This document shows, one piece after another, positions 41,635 through 51,982 of a stretch of 64,000 nucleotides of DNA. Numbering within the stretch: position 1 is the first letter of the stretch; each line of letters starts with the position of its first letter. The position numbers and the translations under genes were made by a program. The stretch spans positions 224,001 through 288,000 of the forward strand of contig CAWDOQ010000002.1 of assembly GCA_963804085.1 (NCBI GenBank). The letters are read 5' to 3'. Below the pieces are notes generated by a model that ran no database searches, had not been told where the DNA came from, and worked only from the letters and a program-made list of their open reading frames with translations. The stretch comes from Chlamydiia bacterium (GTDB taxonomy: Bacteria > Chlamydiota > Chlamydiia > Chlamydiales > Rhabdochlamydiaceae).

Positions 41635-42240
41635 TTAAGAATTTAAAACATCCGATGCGAGTTGCGAAAGCCACCTATGGAAGAGCCCGTCTTCTAGCGT
41701 ACAGATGATTTTTGCGTGCTCTTCACCCTGAGAAAGTTTCGAAAGACCCTGACGCATCTCGTTTAGATGCTCCTTCTCTTCCAGGAGGATCGATTTGACT
41801 GCTACTTTGGAATTGCTCTTGCGCAGGATAGCATCGTAGATGGGGTAGAGCTCTTCGGCACGCAGCTCTATGGCATAGGTGACAAGAAGGTAAGCAGAAG
41901 CGCGCATCTCCTCTTTTGCGTGCGTCTGCAGCAGGTAGCGGGATGTTTGCAGATCAAGTTTAGAGAGGTAGTGCAAAGAGGCAGTGCCACCCAGAAGGTT
42001 TGGCAAGGAGTAGTCGGCAAACGTAAGGGGCGTCACTCGGATAATTTGGCGCTTCAGGTAGTGTGCGTGGCGAAACTCCTCCGCAGCGTGTTTGAGCATC
42101 TCCTCTTTGACAAGGGTGGGGTGCTCGCAGCGTGCGATTTTGCGTGCACCGCAGTTCTCCAAGTAGGAGAGGGTGTTGAGCCACTTGGCATGGAGCGTGG
42201 GTGTCTCTACAATTTTTGTGAGTAATGCTTCTAGTTGCAT
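41635..42240 (-). CDS. bioE: Ferritin-like diiron protein in the biotin operon (BioE-type pimeloyl-generating oxygenase candidate)
   Basis: E...EEFRH...E...EEKEH diiron-carboxylate ligand pattern; overlaps the bioA stop. Confidence 0.75.
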   Translation of the reverse strand: MQLEALLTKIVETPTLHAKWLNTLSYLENCGARKIARCEHPTLVKEEMLKHAAEEFRHAHYLKRQIIRVTPLTFADYSLPNLLGGTASLHYLSKLDLQTSRYLLQTHAKEEMRASAYLLVTYAIELRAEELYPIYDAILRKSNSKVAVKSILLEEKEHLNEMRQGLSKLSQGEEHAKIICTLEDGLFHRWLSQLASDVLNS

Positions 42241-43493
42241 AAGGTTTGTTCTATCCTTTCGTAGATAAATTCTAATTCTTGAGGCTTGATACAGTACGGG
42301 GGAAGTAGATAGAGAACATTGCCAAGAGGGCGGAGAAGAATCTTCTCCTTCAAAAAGAAGCTGTAGAGCTTCTCTCCTCTCTTGTCAAAATAGGAAGACT
42401 CTTCTGTTTTATACTCTAGGACAAGAAGCGTGCCGAGCGATTCACACCGCTTGAGTTTGGGATAACCGTCCCATCTCTGGCAGAATTCTTTGTGAGCCTG
42501 GGCGATTCTCTCTCTTTGTTTTGTGCAAGCATCCGTCAGCAAGAGATCTAAACTTCCAAGCGCGCTTGCGCATGCAAGAGGGTTTGCTGTGTAGGAGTGG
42601 CCATGCAAAAAAGCAGAGGAGAGATGATCGCTTAAGAACGCACTGTAGATCTTCTCACTACATGCAGTTACTCCAAGAGGTAAAAAGCCCCCTGTCAGCC
42701 CTTTGGAAAGAGCGATCATGTCGGGGGTTTCTTTTAGCTTTTCGCATGCAAAGAGCGGGCCTGTGCGTCCAAAGCCTGTCATCACCTCGTCTGCGATAGT
42801 AAGCACACCCTTTACTCGGCAATGCTTTAGAAATAGATCTAATACTTCTGGTGGATAGATGCGCATGCCTCCAACACCCAACACGAGCGGTTCAAAAATA
42901 AAACAGGCGACATCCTGTTTCTCTAATAACTTTAGAAGCACTTCTTCTGCGTCAAATGAGGGGTCGACAGCTTCGACTTCAAACAGATGACTCCAGAAAG
43001 GTTTGTGTATCTGATTTTTGCCAGAAGCTGACATCGCTCCAAAAGTCTCTCCGTGATAGCTCCCCTTCAAACAGATTACTTTTCTTTTCGGGGTATTTTG
43101 GTTATGCCAATATTGAAAAGCCATTTTGAGAGCTGTCTCTACTGCGGTAGAACCATTATCAGAGTAAAAAATCTTGCTCATCTTTCCAGGAAGAATGGCG
43201 ACAAGCCGCTCAGCTAATTCTACCGCAGGAGAGTGGGTAAATCCTGCAAAGAGAACGTGTGGCAATATTGCGAGTTGCGTACAGATCTTTTCGGCAATGT
43301 ATGGATGAGCATGTCCATGCAGATTGACCCACCAAGAGGAGATCGCGTCTAAGTAGCGTTTGCCCTCTTCTGTGTATAAATAGACCCCCTCTGCTCTCAC
43401 AATCGGGATAGAGAGAGGCGCCGTTTGCATCTGCGTGAAAGGATGCCACACAAACGCACGATCTTTTTCAGCTAAAGATTGAGTGTTTGCCAT
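42231..43493 (-). CDS. bioA: Adenosylmethionine-8-amino-7-oxononanoate aminotransferase
   Basis: WHPFTQ, DAISSWWVNLHGH, DEVMTGFGRTG, SKGLTGG. Confidence 0.97.
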   Translation of the reverse strand: MANTQSLAEKDRAFVWHPFTQMQTAPLSIPIVRAEGVYLYTEEGKRYLDAISSWWVNLHGHAHPYIAEKICTQLAILPHVLFAGFTHSPAVELAERLVAILPGKMSKIFYSDNGSTAVETALKMAFQYWHNQNTPKRKVICLKGSYHGETFGAMSASGKNQIHKPFWSHLFEVEAVDPSFDAEEVLLKLLEKQDVACFIFEPLVLGVGGMRIYPPEVLDLFLKHCRVKGVLTIADEVMTGFGRTGPLFACEKLKETPDMIALSKGLTGGFLPLGVTACSEKIYSAFLSDHLSSAFLHGHSYTANPLACASALGSLDLLLTDACTKQRERIAQAHKEFCQRWDGYPKLKRCESLGTLLVLEYKTEESSYFDKRGEKLYSFFLKEKILLRPLGNVLYLLPPYCIKPQELEFIYERIEQTLCN

Positions 43494-44071
43494 AGTTTTG
43501 CATACTTTTTGATGGTGGAACGACTGACAAAAAATTCGGGAAGGAGCCTTGCGAGAAGCGGCACACCAGAGATTTGCAAGATGGCCGATTCGCTTGCAGT
43601 GTTAGGCTTTCCATTAAAGATGAGACCTAAAATGCTAACTCCAGCTTTTTTTAGCGCTTCGATTGTAAGCAGCGTGTGGTTGATGCTCCCTAGGTAGTGT
43701 TGGGAGACAACTACCCACTCGGCATCCCATTTTTTGAACAGATCGAGGCTCACCAGACTCTCTTGTAACGGCGTGAAAACACCTCCGACTGTTTCTATAA
43801 TTAAAGGACCAGTCACGTGCGGCATCTGAATGCGATCGATATCGATGTGAATATTTTCCATACGCGCAGCTTGATGGGGCGAAAGCGGAGCCTTTAGCGC
43901 ATAAGCCGGCCTATGGATGTTAGAAGTTAACCACTTTTGCACAGTGCGCGTGTCGCTTTTGCCGCACTCGATCGGCTTCCAGTAATCTGCTTGTAAAAGT
44001 TGTGCCAAAATAGCCGAGACCACAGTTTTTCCTACGCCTGTTCCTGCACCTGCTACGATGATTCTTTTCAT
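43472..44071 (-). CDS. bioD: Dethiobiotin synthetase
   Basis: GTGVGKT, YWKPIECG, SPHQAA, LGSINHTLL. Confidence 0.96.
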   Translation of the reverse strand: MKRIIVAGAGTGVGKTVVSAILAQLLQADYWKPIECGKSDTRTVQKWLTSNIHRPAYALKAPLSPHQAARMENIHIDIDRIQMPHVTGPLIIETVGGVFTPLQESLVSLDLFKKWDAEWVVVSQHYLGSINHTLLTIEALKKAGVSILGLIFNGKPNTASESAILQISGVPLLARLLPEFFVSRSTIKKYAKLWQTLNL

Positions 44072-45099
44072 AGATAGGAATAAAGCTCCTCAAGCTGCTT
44101 TTTTGTGTTAAAAGAGTGCAATGTGAGGCGCAGCCTTTCTTTTCCTCTTTGTACAGTAGGACTTAAGAGCGCTCTTACATCAAATCCTCTCTCTTGCAGC
44201 ATCTTTTCCTTTCTTCGGGCAGCGCAATTACCCGAGACAGGTAGAGATTGGATGTGTGAGGAGGCAAGACTCAAAAGGTGGGCACGCTCTTTTTCAAGCT
44301 TGGGGAATAGATCATAGCTAGATTTGATGGCAGCGAGAGCATAAAACGGGAGCGCTGTTGTGTAGATGCAAGAAGGCGCAAAATTGATGAGCGCCTCCTT
44401 GAGTGTTCTACTTCCCAACACGACGGCGCCATAGACTCCTAGGGCTTTTCCAAATGTGACGACCTGTGCGAAGACCTCCTTCTGAAGATTCGCTTGAGCC
44501 ACCAACCCGCGTCCTTCCGGTCCTAAGACTCCTACAGCATGCGCTTCATCTACAATCAGAGAAGAGCGATACTTTTTTGCTAAGCAGCAGATCTCGGCAA
44601 GAGGAGCAAAAGAGCCATCTGTCGAATAGATAGACTCGACACATATGAAGCTCTGTTTGTTTTTCTTTAGCCGCTCTTCTAAATGTGCCAGATCGTTATG
44701 TCTAAAGGGATAAGCGGGAGAGCGACTTAAACGGATACCACTGCGGATCGACGCGTGGACCTCGGCATCATAGATAAAGGACGCGTCACCAAGAGCTGCG
44801 AGCAGTCCGATATTGGCCATATAACCGCAACCAAAAATAAGGCCTGCTTCATAACCGTGAAAATCGGCAATCTTCTGCTCCAAAGCTTCAATGTAGAGAG
44901 AGTTTCCGGTAAGAAGACGCGATCCTGTCGAGCCCAATCTTTCCAGTTTCTTGCTCTCTTCCCGAACGGTATCGAAGAGAAGAGGAGAGCGCGAAAGACC
45001 CAAATAGTCATTAGAAGCAAAGTCGATGAGACCTTTTGTTGTGGAAAGCTTGCGCAAGTTGCCTTGCACTCTCCTTTTATCCAGTCTTTGAATGAGCAT
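44068..45099 (-). CDS. bioF: 8-amino-7-oxononanoate synthase
   Basis: DFASNDYLGL, GSTGSRLL, VDEAH, TFGKALG. Confidence 0.96.
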   Translation of the reverse strand: MLIQRLDKRRVQGNLRKLSTTKGLIDFASNDYLGLSRSPLLFDTVREESKKLERLGSTGSRLLTGNSLYIEALEQKIADFHGYEAGLIFGCGYMANIGLLAALGDASFIYDAEVHASIRSGIRLSRSPAYPFRHNDLAHLEERLKKNKQSFICVESIYSTDGSFAPLAEICCLAKKYRSSLIVDEAHAVGVLGPEGRGLVAQANLQKEVFAQVVTFGKALGVYGAVVLGSRTLKEALINFAPSCIYTTALPFYALAAIKSSYDLFPKLEKERAHLLSLASSHIQSLPVSGNCAARRKEKMLQERGFDVRALLSPTVQRGKERLRLTLHSFNTKKQLEELYSYL

Positions 45100-46033
45100 G
45101 TAACCCCAAAATCTCAAACATCTCTTTATCTCTGTCTGGGGCGCAATTGGCCACCGTGAGCAGCTTTTCTCCTGAGAAGATCGAATTTGCTCCGGCTAAA
45201 AAACAGAGAGCTTGCTCCTCATATGATAGACGGTCGCGGCCAGAAGAGAGGCGCACCATCGCATGGGGCAGCACAATTCTTGTCGTCGCTACCATACGGA
45301 CCATCTCCCAGATAGGAACCTTCGGCATATTTTCCAGAGGTGTGCCGGGAATGGGAGTCAAAAGGTTGATCGGCACCGAGTCAGGATGGGGATTGCGATT
45401 AGCCAATGTTTGCAAAAACTCGAGCCGATCCTGAATCTTTTCCCCCATACCCAAAATGGCGCCAGAGCAGACGCTTAAACCCGCTTTTTGGACGGTGTCG
45501 AGGGTCTTTAACCTGTCTTGATAGGTGCGCGTTGTGATGATCGTCTTGTAGAACTGCTCTGATGAGTCCAGATTGTGGTTGTAGGCGTACAAGCCGGCCG
45601 CCTTCAGACGCTCCGCCTCCTGCGGTTTTAACATACCGAGTGTGCAGCAGACCTCGACTCCCAGCTCCGCGATCCCCCTTACCATGCGCAGTACCTCTTC
45701 AAACTGCCCACTTGCACGCACCTCGCGCCAAGCAGCGCCCAAACAGATGCGGCTTGCTCCCTCGGCAATCGCCCTCTTTGCCTGCTCTAGCACCTCTTTG
45801 TACTGCATAAGAGGCTGTGCAGAAGTTGAGGTTTGATAGCGGGATGATTGAGCACAGTACTTACAATCCTCCGGACACCCTCCTGTCTTAATCGAGATCA
45901 GGCTGCATACTTGTACCTCCCCCACTTTGTGAAACTTCCTATGCACCTCTTGTGCATAGGCGATAAGCTCCAGTAAAGGGCGGGCATACAGCTCTTCCAA
46001 CTCTCCAAATTTCCAATCAAAGCTTATTGTCAT
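45077..46033 (-). CDS. bioB: Biotin synthase
   Basis: CPEDCKYC radical-SAM motif, YNHNLD, GANSIF.GEKLLT. Confidence 0.98.
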   Translation of the reverse strand: MTISFDWKFGELEELYARPLLELIAYAQEVHRKFHKVGEVQVCSLISIKTGGCPEDCKYCAQSSRYQTSTSAQPLMQYKEVLEQAKRAIAEGASRICLGAAWREVRASGQFEEVLRMVRGIAELGVEVCCTLGMLKPQEAERLKAAGLYAYNHNLDSSEQFYKTIITTRTYQDRLKTLDTVQKAGLSVCSGAILGMGEKIQDRLEFLQTLANRNPHPDSVPINLLTPIPGTPLENMPKVPIWEMVRMVATTRIVLPHAMVRLSSGRDRLSYEEQALCFLAGANSIFSGEKLLTVANCAPDRDKEMFEILGLHAHSKTG

Positions 46034-46085
46034 GCGAGCCAGTCTAATCCGTTTTTCATGCTTTTTCCATGCAAAATCATTTGGA

Positions 46086-46106
46086 ATAACCTACTTAATA
46101 GGTTAT
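46086..46106. promoter_or_regulatory. Perfect 8-5-8 inverted repeat in the bioB / regulator divergent intergenic region
   Basis: ataaccta-cttaa-taggttat. Confidence 0.6.
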
Positions 46107-46202
46107 ACAAAACAGATTTAGGTTTAAAAAATGGCGTCTTTTGGAGCAATATGGTAAAACTAGCAAATAGTTGGAAAGAGGCTCAAGGAGGGTTGATTTT
46201 GT

Positions 46203-46991
46203 ATGTTGCAAGTTCTTTGCGGAAATCAAAATGTGCAAAAGATCCTGCTCTTTTTATTCGTGAATGGGAGGTGCTATGGAACGCAGCTGCAGAGGCAGCT
46301 CGGCTCTTCGCTCACACCGATTCAAAAGGCGCTCCTCCGTCTAGAGAAGGGCGGGCTAATCCTGAGCTACTACGAAGGCAAGACCCGCCTCTACCAGTTC
46401 AACCCAGCCTATCCTCTACTTGTGGAACTCGAACATCTGCTCAAAAAAGCGTATACTCTGCTGCCCGCCCACGAAAAGAAGGGTTATTACGTCTCCAAGC
46501 AGGAGGCGGACCTCACCTCCCAGACTAACAAAATCCAGGTGCTGCTCGCTTTTTGGAGCAAACTCTCTTCTGTCACCCAGCTCACTTTTCTCGCCAAGAC
46601 CAAGTCGAAAGAGGAGGGGGGCTGGAATGGGAAAGGAAAGGGCGAGGTTACGATCAGCAAATCGGGCGATAACGTGCTTCTTTTCACGGAGAAGGGAATC
46701 TGGAAAGGAAAACAGGGAAAAGAGGTGAGCTTTAGCAACATCTTTCGCTGGACGCTCGATCGCACCAGCTGCATGATCTCTTTAGAGCACTTAAGACGCG
46801 GTCCAGATCATCCGGTTTTTCTCTTTCATCTTGCGCCTACCAGCCAACAGTCGCTCTCCTCAGTAGACTCCCACCTATGCGATGGGGACACCTACTTTGG
46901 AAAGATCCTCTTTGACAAAAGCTCGCTACGCTTAAACTGGCGCGTCATCGGTCCCAAGAAAAACGAAGAGATCGACTACTTTTATGCTTAA
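46203..46991 (+). CDS. Winged-HTH protein fused to a DUF6314-like beta-barrel domain; candidate regulator
   Basis: N-terminal YGTQLQRQLGSSLTPIQKALLRLEKGGLI...GKTRLYQFN (ArsR-like wHTH); C-terminal beta-rich region with HLCDGDTY and WRVIGPKKN. Confidence 0.75.
   Translation: MLQVLCGNQNVQKILLFLFVNGRCYGTQLQRQLGSSLTPIQKALLRLEKGGLILSYYEGKTRLYQFNPAYPLLVELEHLLKKAYTLLPAHEKKGYYVSKQEADLTSQTNKIQVLLAFWSKLSSVTQLTFLAKTKSKEEGGWNGKGKGEVTISKSGDNVLLFTEKGIWKGKQGKEVSFSNIFRWTLDRTSCMISLEHLRRGPDHPVFLFHLAPTSQQSLSSVDSHLCDGDTYFGKILFDKSSLRLNWRVIGPKKNEEIDYFYA
46852..46991 (+). repeat. 140-bp direct repeat, copy 1 (3' end of the wHTH fusion gene)
   Basis: Matches 51983-52122 with about 7 substitutions. Confidence 0.95.
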
Positions 46992-47135
46992 ATGTCCCGC
47001 TATTTGTGCTGATTTTGCTTTGTCTTACAAATTCACACAATATAAGCCGGCACAGTATAGATTACCCAACCAAGATTTAAACTTGAAAATATTCCTTGTC
47101 TGTTATCTAATTTTCATCTTTCGAGGCATATTTCT

Positions 47136-49055
47136 ATGTTGTTTTATACAGCCCTGTTTTTTTCATTCTGTTCGCTTTTTTCTTCGCTTAATGCCACGAC
47201 TTTTGTTGTCACTAATACCAACGACACCGGTCCGGGCTCCCTGCGCGATGCGCTCATGAATGTCTCTGCAAATGATCATGTCGAATTTACCTCCGCCCTA
47301 TCAGGAACAATCACACTCTCTTCTCCTCTGCCTTGGATTAGCAACGATCTTGTTATCCTGGGACCTACCAGCGGAAGCATCACCATTGATGGCCAAGACG
47401 CCTATCAGATCCTCTTTATCAAATCAGGCGTAGTAGAGATTTCCGATCTCACCTTCAGCCACGGCAAAAGCTTAGGAGGAAATGGGGGAAGCTCTTCTGC
47501 AGCAGGAGGCGGCGGAGGCCTGGGGGCCGGAGGTGCAATCTGCTGTAACAATAATTGCTCTCTTGCTCTCACTAGAGTTGCTTTTGCAAACAATTCTGCT
47601 ACAGGTGGGGATGGTGGAAGCGCATCCGCATCTCCGGTTCCCTCTGTAGGCGGCGGAGGAGGCGGAGGATTAAATGGTACTGGAGGCATTGGTGGACCTG
47701 CGCTGCTGGCAGGGGGCGGTGGAGGCGGCGGCGGGGGCTTTGCAAGTACGGGAGGAGCCGGCGATACGGGAGGCGGTGGAGGCGGAGGCATCACAGCTAC
47801 TATTGGGACAACACCATTTTCGGGAGATGCTTTTGATGCATCCGGAGCCTCCGGTGGAAATGGTGGCGTTGGCATAAATAATTTCCATGCTGCCGGAGGG
47901 GGAGCTTCTTCAGACGGCGCTTCTGCGGATCCTACTCTAGGTGGAGGTGGTGGTGGAGCAGGAGGTGGTGCAATGTCTTCTAACAATGGCGGGGTGGGAG
48001 GTAGCGCCGGTGCTATAGGTGGCGGCGGCGGTGGAGGTGGTGGAAATGTTGCAGGAAATGGCGGTACGGGCTCGGATTGGGGAGGCGGAGGTGGCGGTGG
48101 CGGCAGCATTCTTTCTACAAATGTAGGTTCAGGAGGCAGTGGAGGATTGGGAGGCGGGGGTGGCGGTGGCGGCTCCGGTTCTTTGAGTTCCAGTTTAGGA
48201 AATGGTGGCAGTGGAGGACATGGCGGAGGAGGGGGCGGAGCATCCCCGGGCGCAATAGGCGGAGTCGGCGGCACTCATGCAGGTGCGGGTGGAGATAATG
48301 GTGGAGGAGGCGGAGGTGGAGCGGGATTGGGAGGAGCTGTTTTTGTTGCAAGCGGAGCCTCGATCCTTGTGCAAGATGAACTTTCGCTCTTTTCTAGCAA
48401 TACCGTGACAGGAGGAAATGGAGGCAGTGGAGCAAATACCGGCACTCCAGGAGCAGGAGTAGGAGCAGATCTGTTCATTATGAGTAATGGCGAAGCGGTT
48501 TTCACAAACAGCAATGACATTCCTTTTTCTATTCGGGTAGGCGGGCAAGGGTTAATTTCTAAAGAGGGCGAAGGAGATCTTAACTTGATCGGCGACTCTT
48601 CTCCCGATAACGCGATTATGTTGTTTGCTCAAACAGGTAAGCTTGCGATCTCAGGAACATTTGGAGGCAACCTCCATATCAGAGAGGATGCGCGCACAGA
48701 AGGGGCATCTAGTATCGCAAGCCTAAACAATTCCGGAACGTTTTCTTTGGGAAACACCATACAAACATGCTCCATTATCAATGGCTTTTTGCAGCGTTCT
48801 ACAGGGGTAGTGGAAATTAAAATCGATCCATCCGGAAACTCTGATCTTTTGCAAATAGGCGATTCCGCCCTTCTAGATGGGACATTGCATATCATCGCAT
48901 CTCCCGGTTCGTATATCTCCGGTACCACTTATACGATTATCACTACTCAAGGAAGAGTATCTAGAACATTCAACACCATTCTTATATCCTCATCCCCTTC
49001 CCTGAACATCCAAGTCAATTATCTATTTAATGCTGTTCAACTCGTAATCGAATAA
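47136..49055 (+). CDS. Glycine-rich secreted autotransporter-passenger-like protein lacking a beta-barrel
   Basis: Signal peptide, VTNTND.GPGSLRDA start, long GGxGG tract, passenger C-terminal region, stop before any barrel. Confidence 0.8.
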   Translation: MLFYTALFFSFCSLFSSLNATTFVVTNTNDTGPGSLRDALMNVSANDHVEFTSALSGTITLSSPLPWISNDLVILGPTSGSITIDGQDAYQILFIKSGVVEISDLTFSHGKSLGGNGGSSSAAGGGGGLGAGGAICCNNNCSLALTRVAFANNSATGGDGGSASASPVPSVGGGGGGGLNGTGGIGGPALLAGGGGGGGGGFASTGGAGDTGGGGGGGITATIGTTPFSGDAFDASGASGGNGGVGINNFHAAGGGASSDGASADPTLGGGGGGAGGGAMSSNNGGVGGSAGAIGGGGGGGGGNVAGNGGTGSDWGGGGGGGGSILSTNVGSGGSGGLGGGGGGGGSGSLSSSLGNGGSGGHGGGGGGASPGAIGGVGGTHAGAGGDNGGGGGGGAGLGGAVFVASGASILVQDELSLFSSNTVTGGNGGSGANTGTPGAGVGADLFIMSNGEAVFTNSNDIPFSIRVGGQGLISKEGEGDLNLIGDSSPDNAIMLFAQTGKLAISGTFGGNLHIREDARTEGASSIASLNNSGTFSLGNTIQTCSIINGFLQRSTGVVEIKIDPSGNSDLLQIGDSALLDGTLHIIASPGSYISGTTYTIITTQGRVSRTFNTILISSSPSLNIQVNYLFNAVQLVIE

Positions 49056-49109
49056 TATCAGCTCATCTATTTAGTTTTAAAATTCGCACGCATATCGTAT
49101 GTAATAAAC

Positions 49110-51961
49110 ATGCGACGCATTGTTTGTTTTGCCGTTTTTTATGGGACAGTGTCCAACTCGATTCTCTTTTCTGCAACATGGAATTTAAACGCGAACGGCA
49201 ATTGGAATGTGAATGGCAATTGGACTTCGCCTTCTATCTTTCCCAATGGTGTAGATGCTGTTGCCATTTTCGGCAATGTGATCACAGCCAATCGAAACGT
49301 GACGCTAGGACAGGACATTACAATAGGGACAATAAATTTCGACGACAACAATCGCTATACCATCACCGCTGCGGCTATAGACGCGCTTACATTTGATGTC
49401 AGTTCGGGAAATGCAGCAATCAATATCACTAATGCAAACGGAAATGGACCTCATCGCATTCTCAACGATATGGTTTTTAATGACACTATTGTAATCGATC
49501 ACAACTCAACAGGAATATTTACCCTCTCAGGGATGATTTCGGGAAGCGGGGGGCTAACAAAAACCGGTTCTGGCACAACAGAACTGGATAACAGCACTAA
49601 TGATTATGCAGGAATTACCACAGTCAACGCAGGCGTTCTCGACTATATCACAGCCGGCTCCATTCTAGGCGGCAATACAGTAATCATCAACGGAGGCTCG
49701 CTTACTATCGACCAGACGATGGGAGGATCTGACGCATTAAATATCACAATCAATTCCTTGGGGACGCTTAACCAAGGAACCAATGATACAATTCGTTTGC
49801 TTACCCTGCAAGGAGCAGGAGATCTGGTCTTGACTACTTCTACTGGCGGAGGAAGTCTTTTAGAATTTGAAGGAACAGGAGCCGACACCACCTTTTCGGG
49901 TGCGATCTCGGGAGGCGCTACGAGTGGATCGAGTAATCCCAATGTAGGCAACCGTATAAGAAAACTAGGCTCTTCTGCTCTAACTCTTACAGGGTCTAGC
50001 AGTTATGTCTCTAGAACCTTTCTCAACGAAGGTGTGATCAATGTTCAAAATTCTAATGCTTTGGGCGCAGCAGGAGCAAATAGCGGCGTTTTTATAGAAG
50101 CAACGAGTGCCGCCCTTGAAGTGCAAAATAATATCACTTTGAGCAAAGCGTTAAATTTAAATGGATCGGGAATCGGCGGTAATGGAGCACTGCGAAGCAT
50201 AAGCGGAAACAACACTTTAAGTGATACAGTACAAATCGGCTGGTCCGGTGGACCTGTCTCACAAGCTGCCGCTACAATTGGCGTTGATGCTGATGTGTTA
50301 ACCATAAGTGGAACGCTGCAGGGATCTCAAAGTTTTATAAAAGTCGGAGCAGGAACATTACTGCTTTCCGGAACGGGCAACATCACTTCCAGCACTGCAA
50401 TAAACCAGGGAAAACTCCAGGTAACCGGATCTTACACAAGCACGGGCGGCCTTTCGGTAGCATCGGGAGCCATTTTAGCGGGAACCGGGACAGTGACTAG
50501 CAGCTCCTCCATCAGCGGGACCCTTGCACCCGGAAACAGCATTGGGACAATCATATTAGTAGGCACCGAAACCCTACAGTCTGGGTCGACACTTGAAATC
50601 GAAACTTCCCCCGCATTGGCAGATCGAGTAAATATCACCGGGACTCTAACCATTCAACCGGGCTCTACTCTTAAAGTCATCCCGGAAGCAGGAGTCTACT
50701 CCAAACAAACCTCCTATCTGATTGTTCATACAACTGGAGGCGTAACAGATACGTTTAGTGCGTTCAACATGACACTTCCTACGTTTTCTGCAACCGCTCA
50801 ATATACTGCTACCGACATTTTTTTAATTTTATCCACAGTTCCCTTTTCCAATCTGATAAAACACGGTAATGCAGGAGCTATAGCTAAATGCCTCTCTACC
50901 GCCACTCCCTCGGCAGGCAGCGATCTTTCCCTTATCATCGCACAATTGCAGTTTTTCACCCTCGATGAGATCCGCAATGCTTTGAATCAGATGCAAGCCT
51001 CAGCTCTTACCTCTCTTGCTCTTGCACAGGAATATTCGACTCTTTATATGAACGACGCTATTTTTGATCGTCTGGATCAACTGATCCGCCCTCGCGCATT
51101 CCGCCTACCAAGCAAGCGCCTCTCATTTTGGTGCGTGCCATTCGGCGCACTGAGTAGGCAGCAAGAAAAAAAGAAGAGCCGGGGTATCGCACGTGGACAG
51201 GCGGCTTCACAACCGGTCTTGACTACGCATGGGACAAAGGGATCGTAGCAGGAACAAGCGCAGGATATAGCTACATAGACCTATCTTGGAATGAGCGGCG
51301 CGGCCACTCTGTGATGCAAAACGGATATGGCGCGATTTATGGTAGTTTCCAAAACGATCTTTGTTATTTGTTTACGAGTGTAATTGGGGGTTATAACCAC
51401 TATGCCGTCTCGCGCCACATCATCTTTCCACAGGACTCTATCATCCCTGTCAACCGTAGAGCAAAAAGCAATCACAATGGACTCCAAGGATCAGGACACT
51501 TAAAAACCGGTCTTTTCTTCCAATATAACCATTTTAAACTCTGCCCTTTTGTTGCTGCCGATTATATCTACTTACACGAACAGAGCTTTAAAGAACATGG
51601 AGCCAAGAGCTTAGATCTGGATGTAAGCAAGAAAAACTCCAACTTTCTCGATTTAGAAGCCGGCTTTCAAATATCGGGGTATTTCTGCTCGAAAAAGAGT
51701 AAATTCTCTCCGACGATCGGAGTAAGCATTATTAGAGAGGAACGATTTCAAGGGCAACACTATCGCGCTAATTTGAAAGACTCCTCATGCACTTTTACTG
51801 TGACAGGGCTTAACCCCAACCGCACATTATGCGGCACAAAAGCAGGCTTTACTACGCTTTTGCCCAACGAAAATTGCACCCTTTCTTTCGATTATCTTGG
51901 AAGATATGGAACTAACTTCCAAGATAGCGTCGTTGAAGCGAGCTTTCTCTACCGGTTTTAA
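49110..51961 (+). CDS. Autotransporter with passenger-associated repeats (apparent frameshift at A7 run 51166-51172)
   Basis: GGLTKTGSGT..L..N.Y.G.T.VNAG repeats; barrel in the next frame ending in FLYRF. Confidence 0.88.
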
Positions 51962-51982
51962 ATGCGCAGATTAGAGAGAAAG

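Noticed and set aside
46086-46106. Canonical BirA operator
   Set aside because: The spacer is too short and the flanking TGT/ACA arms are not symmetric.
47405-48274. Polyproline ORF on the minus strand
   Set aside because: It is the antisense shadow of the glycine-rich codons.
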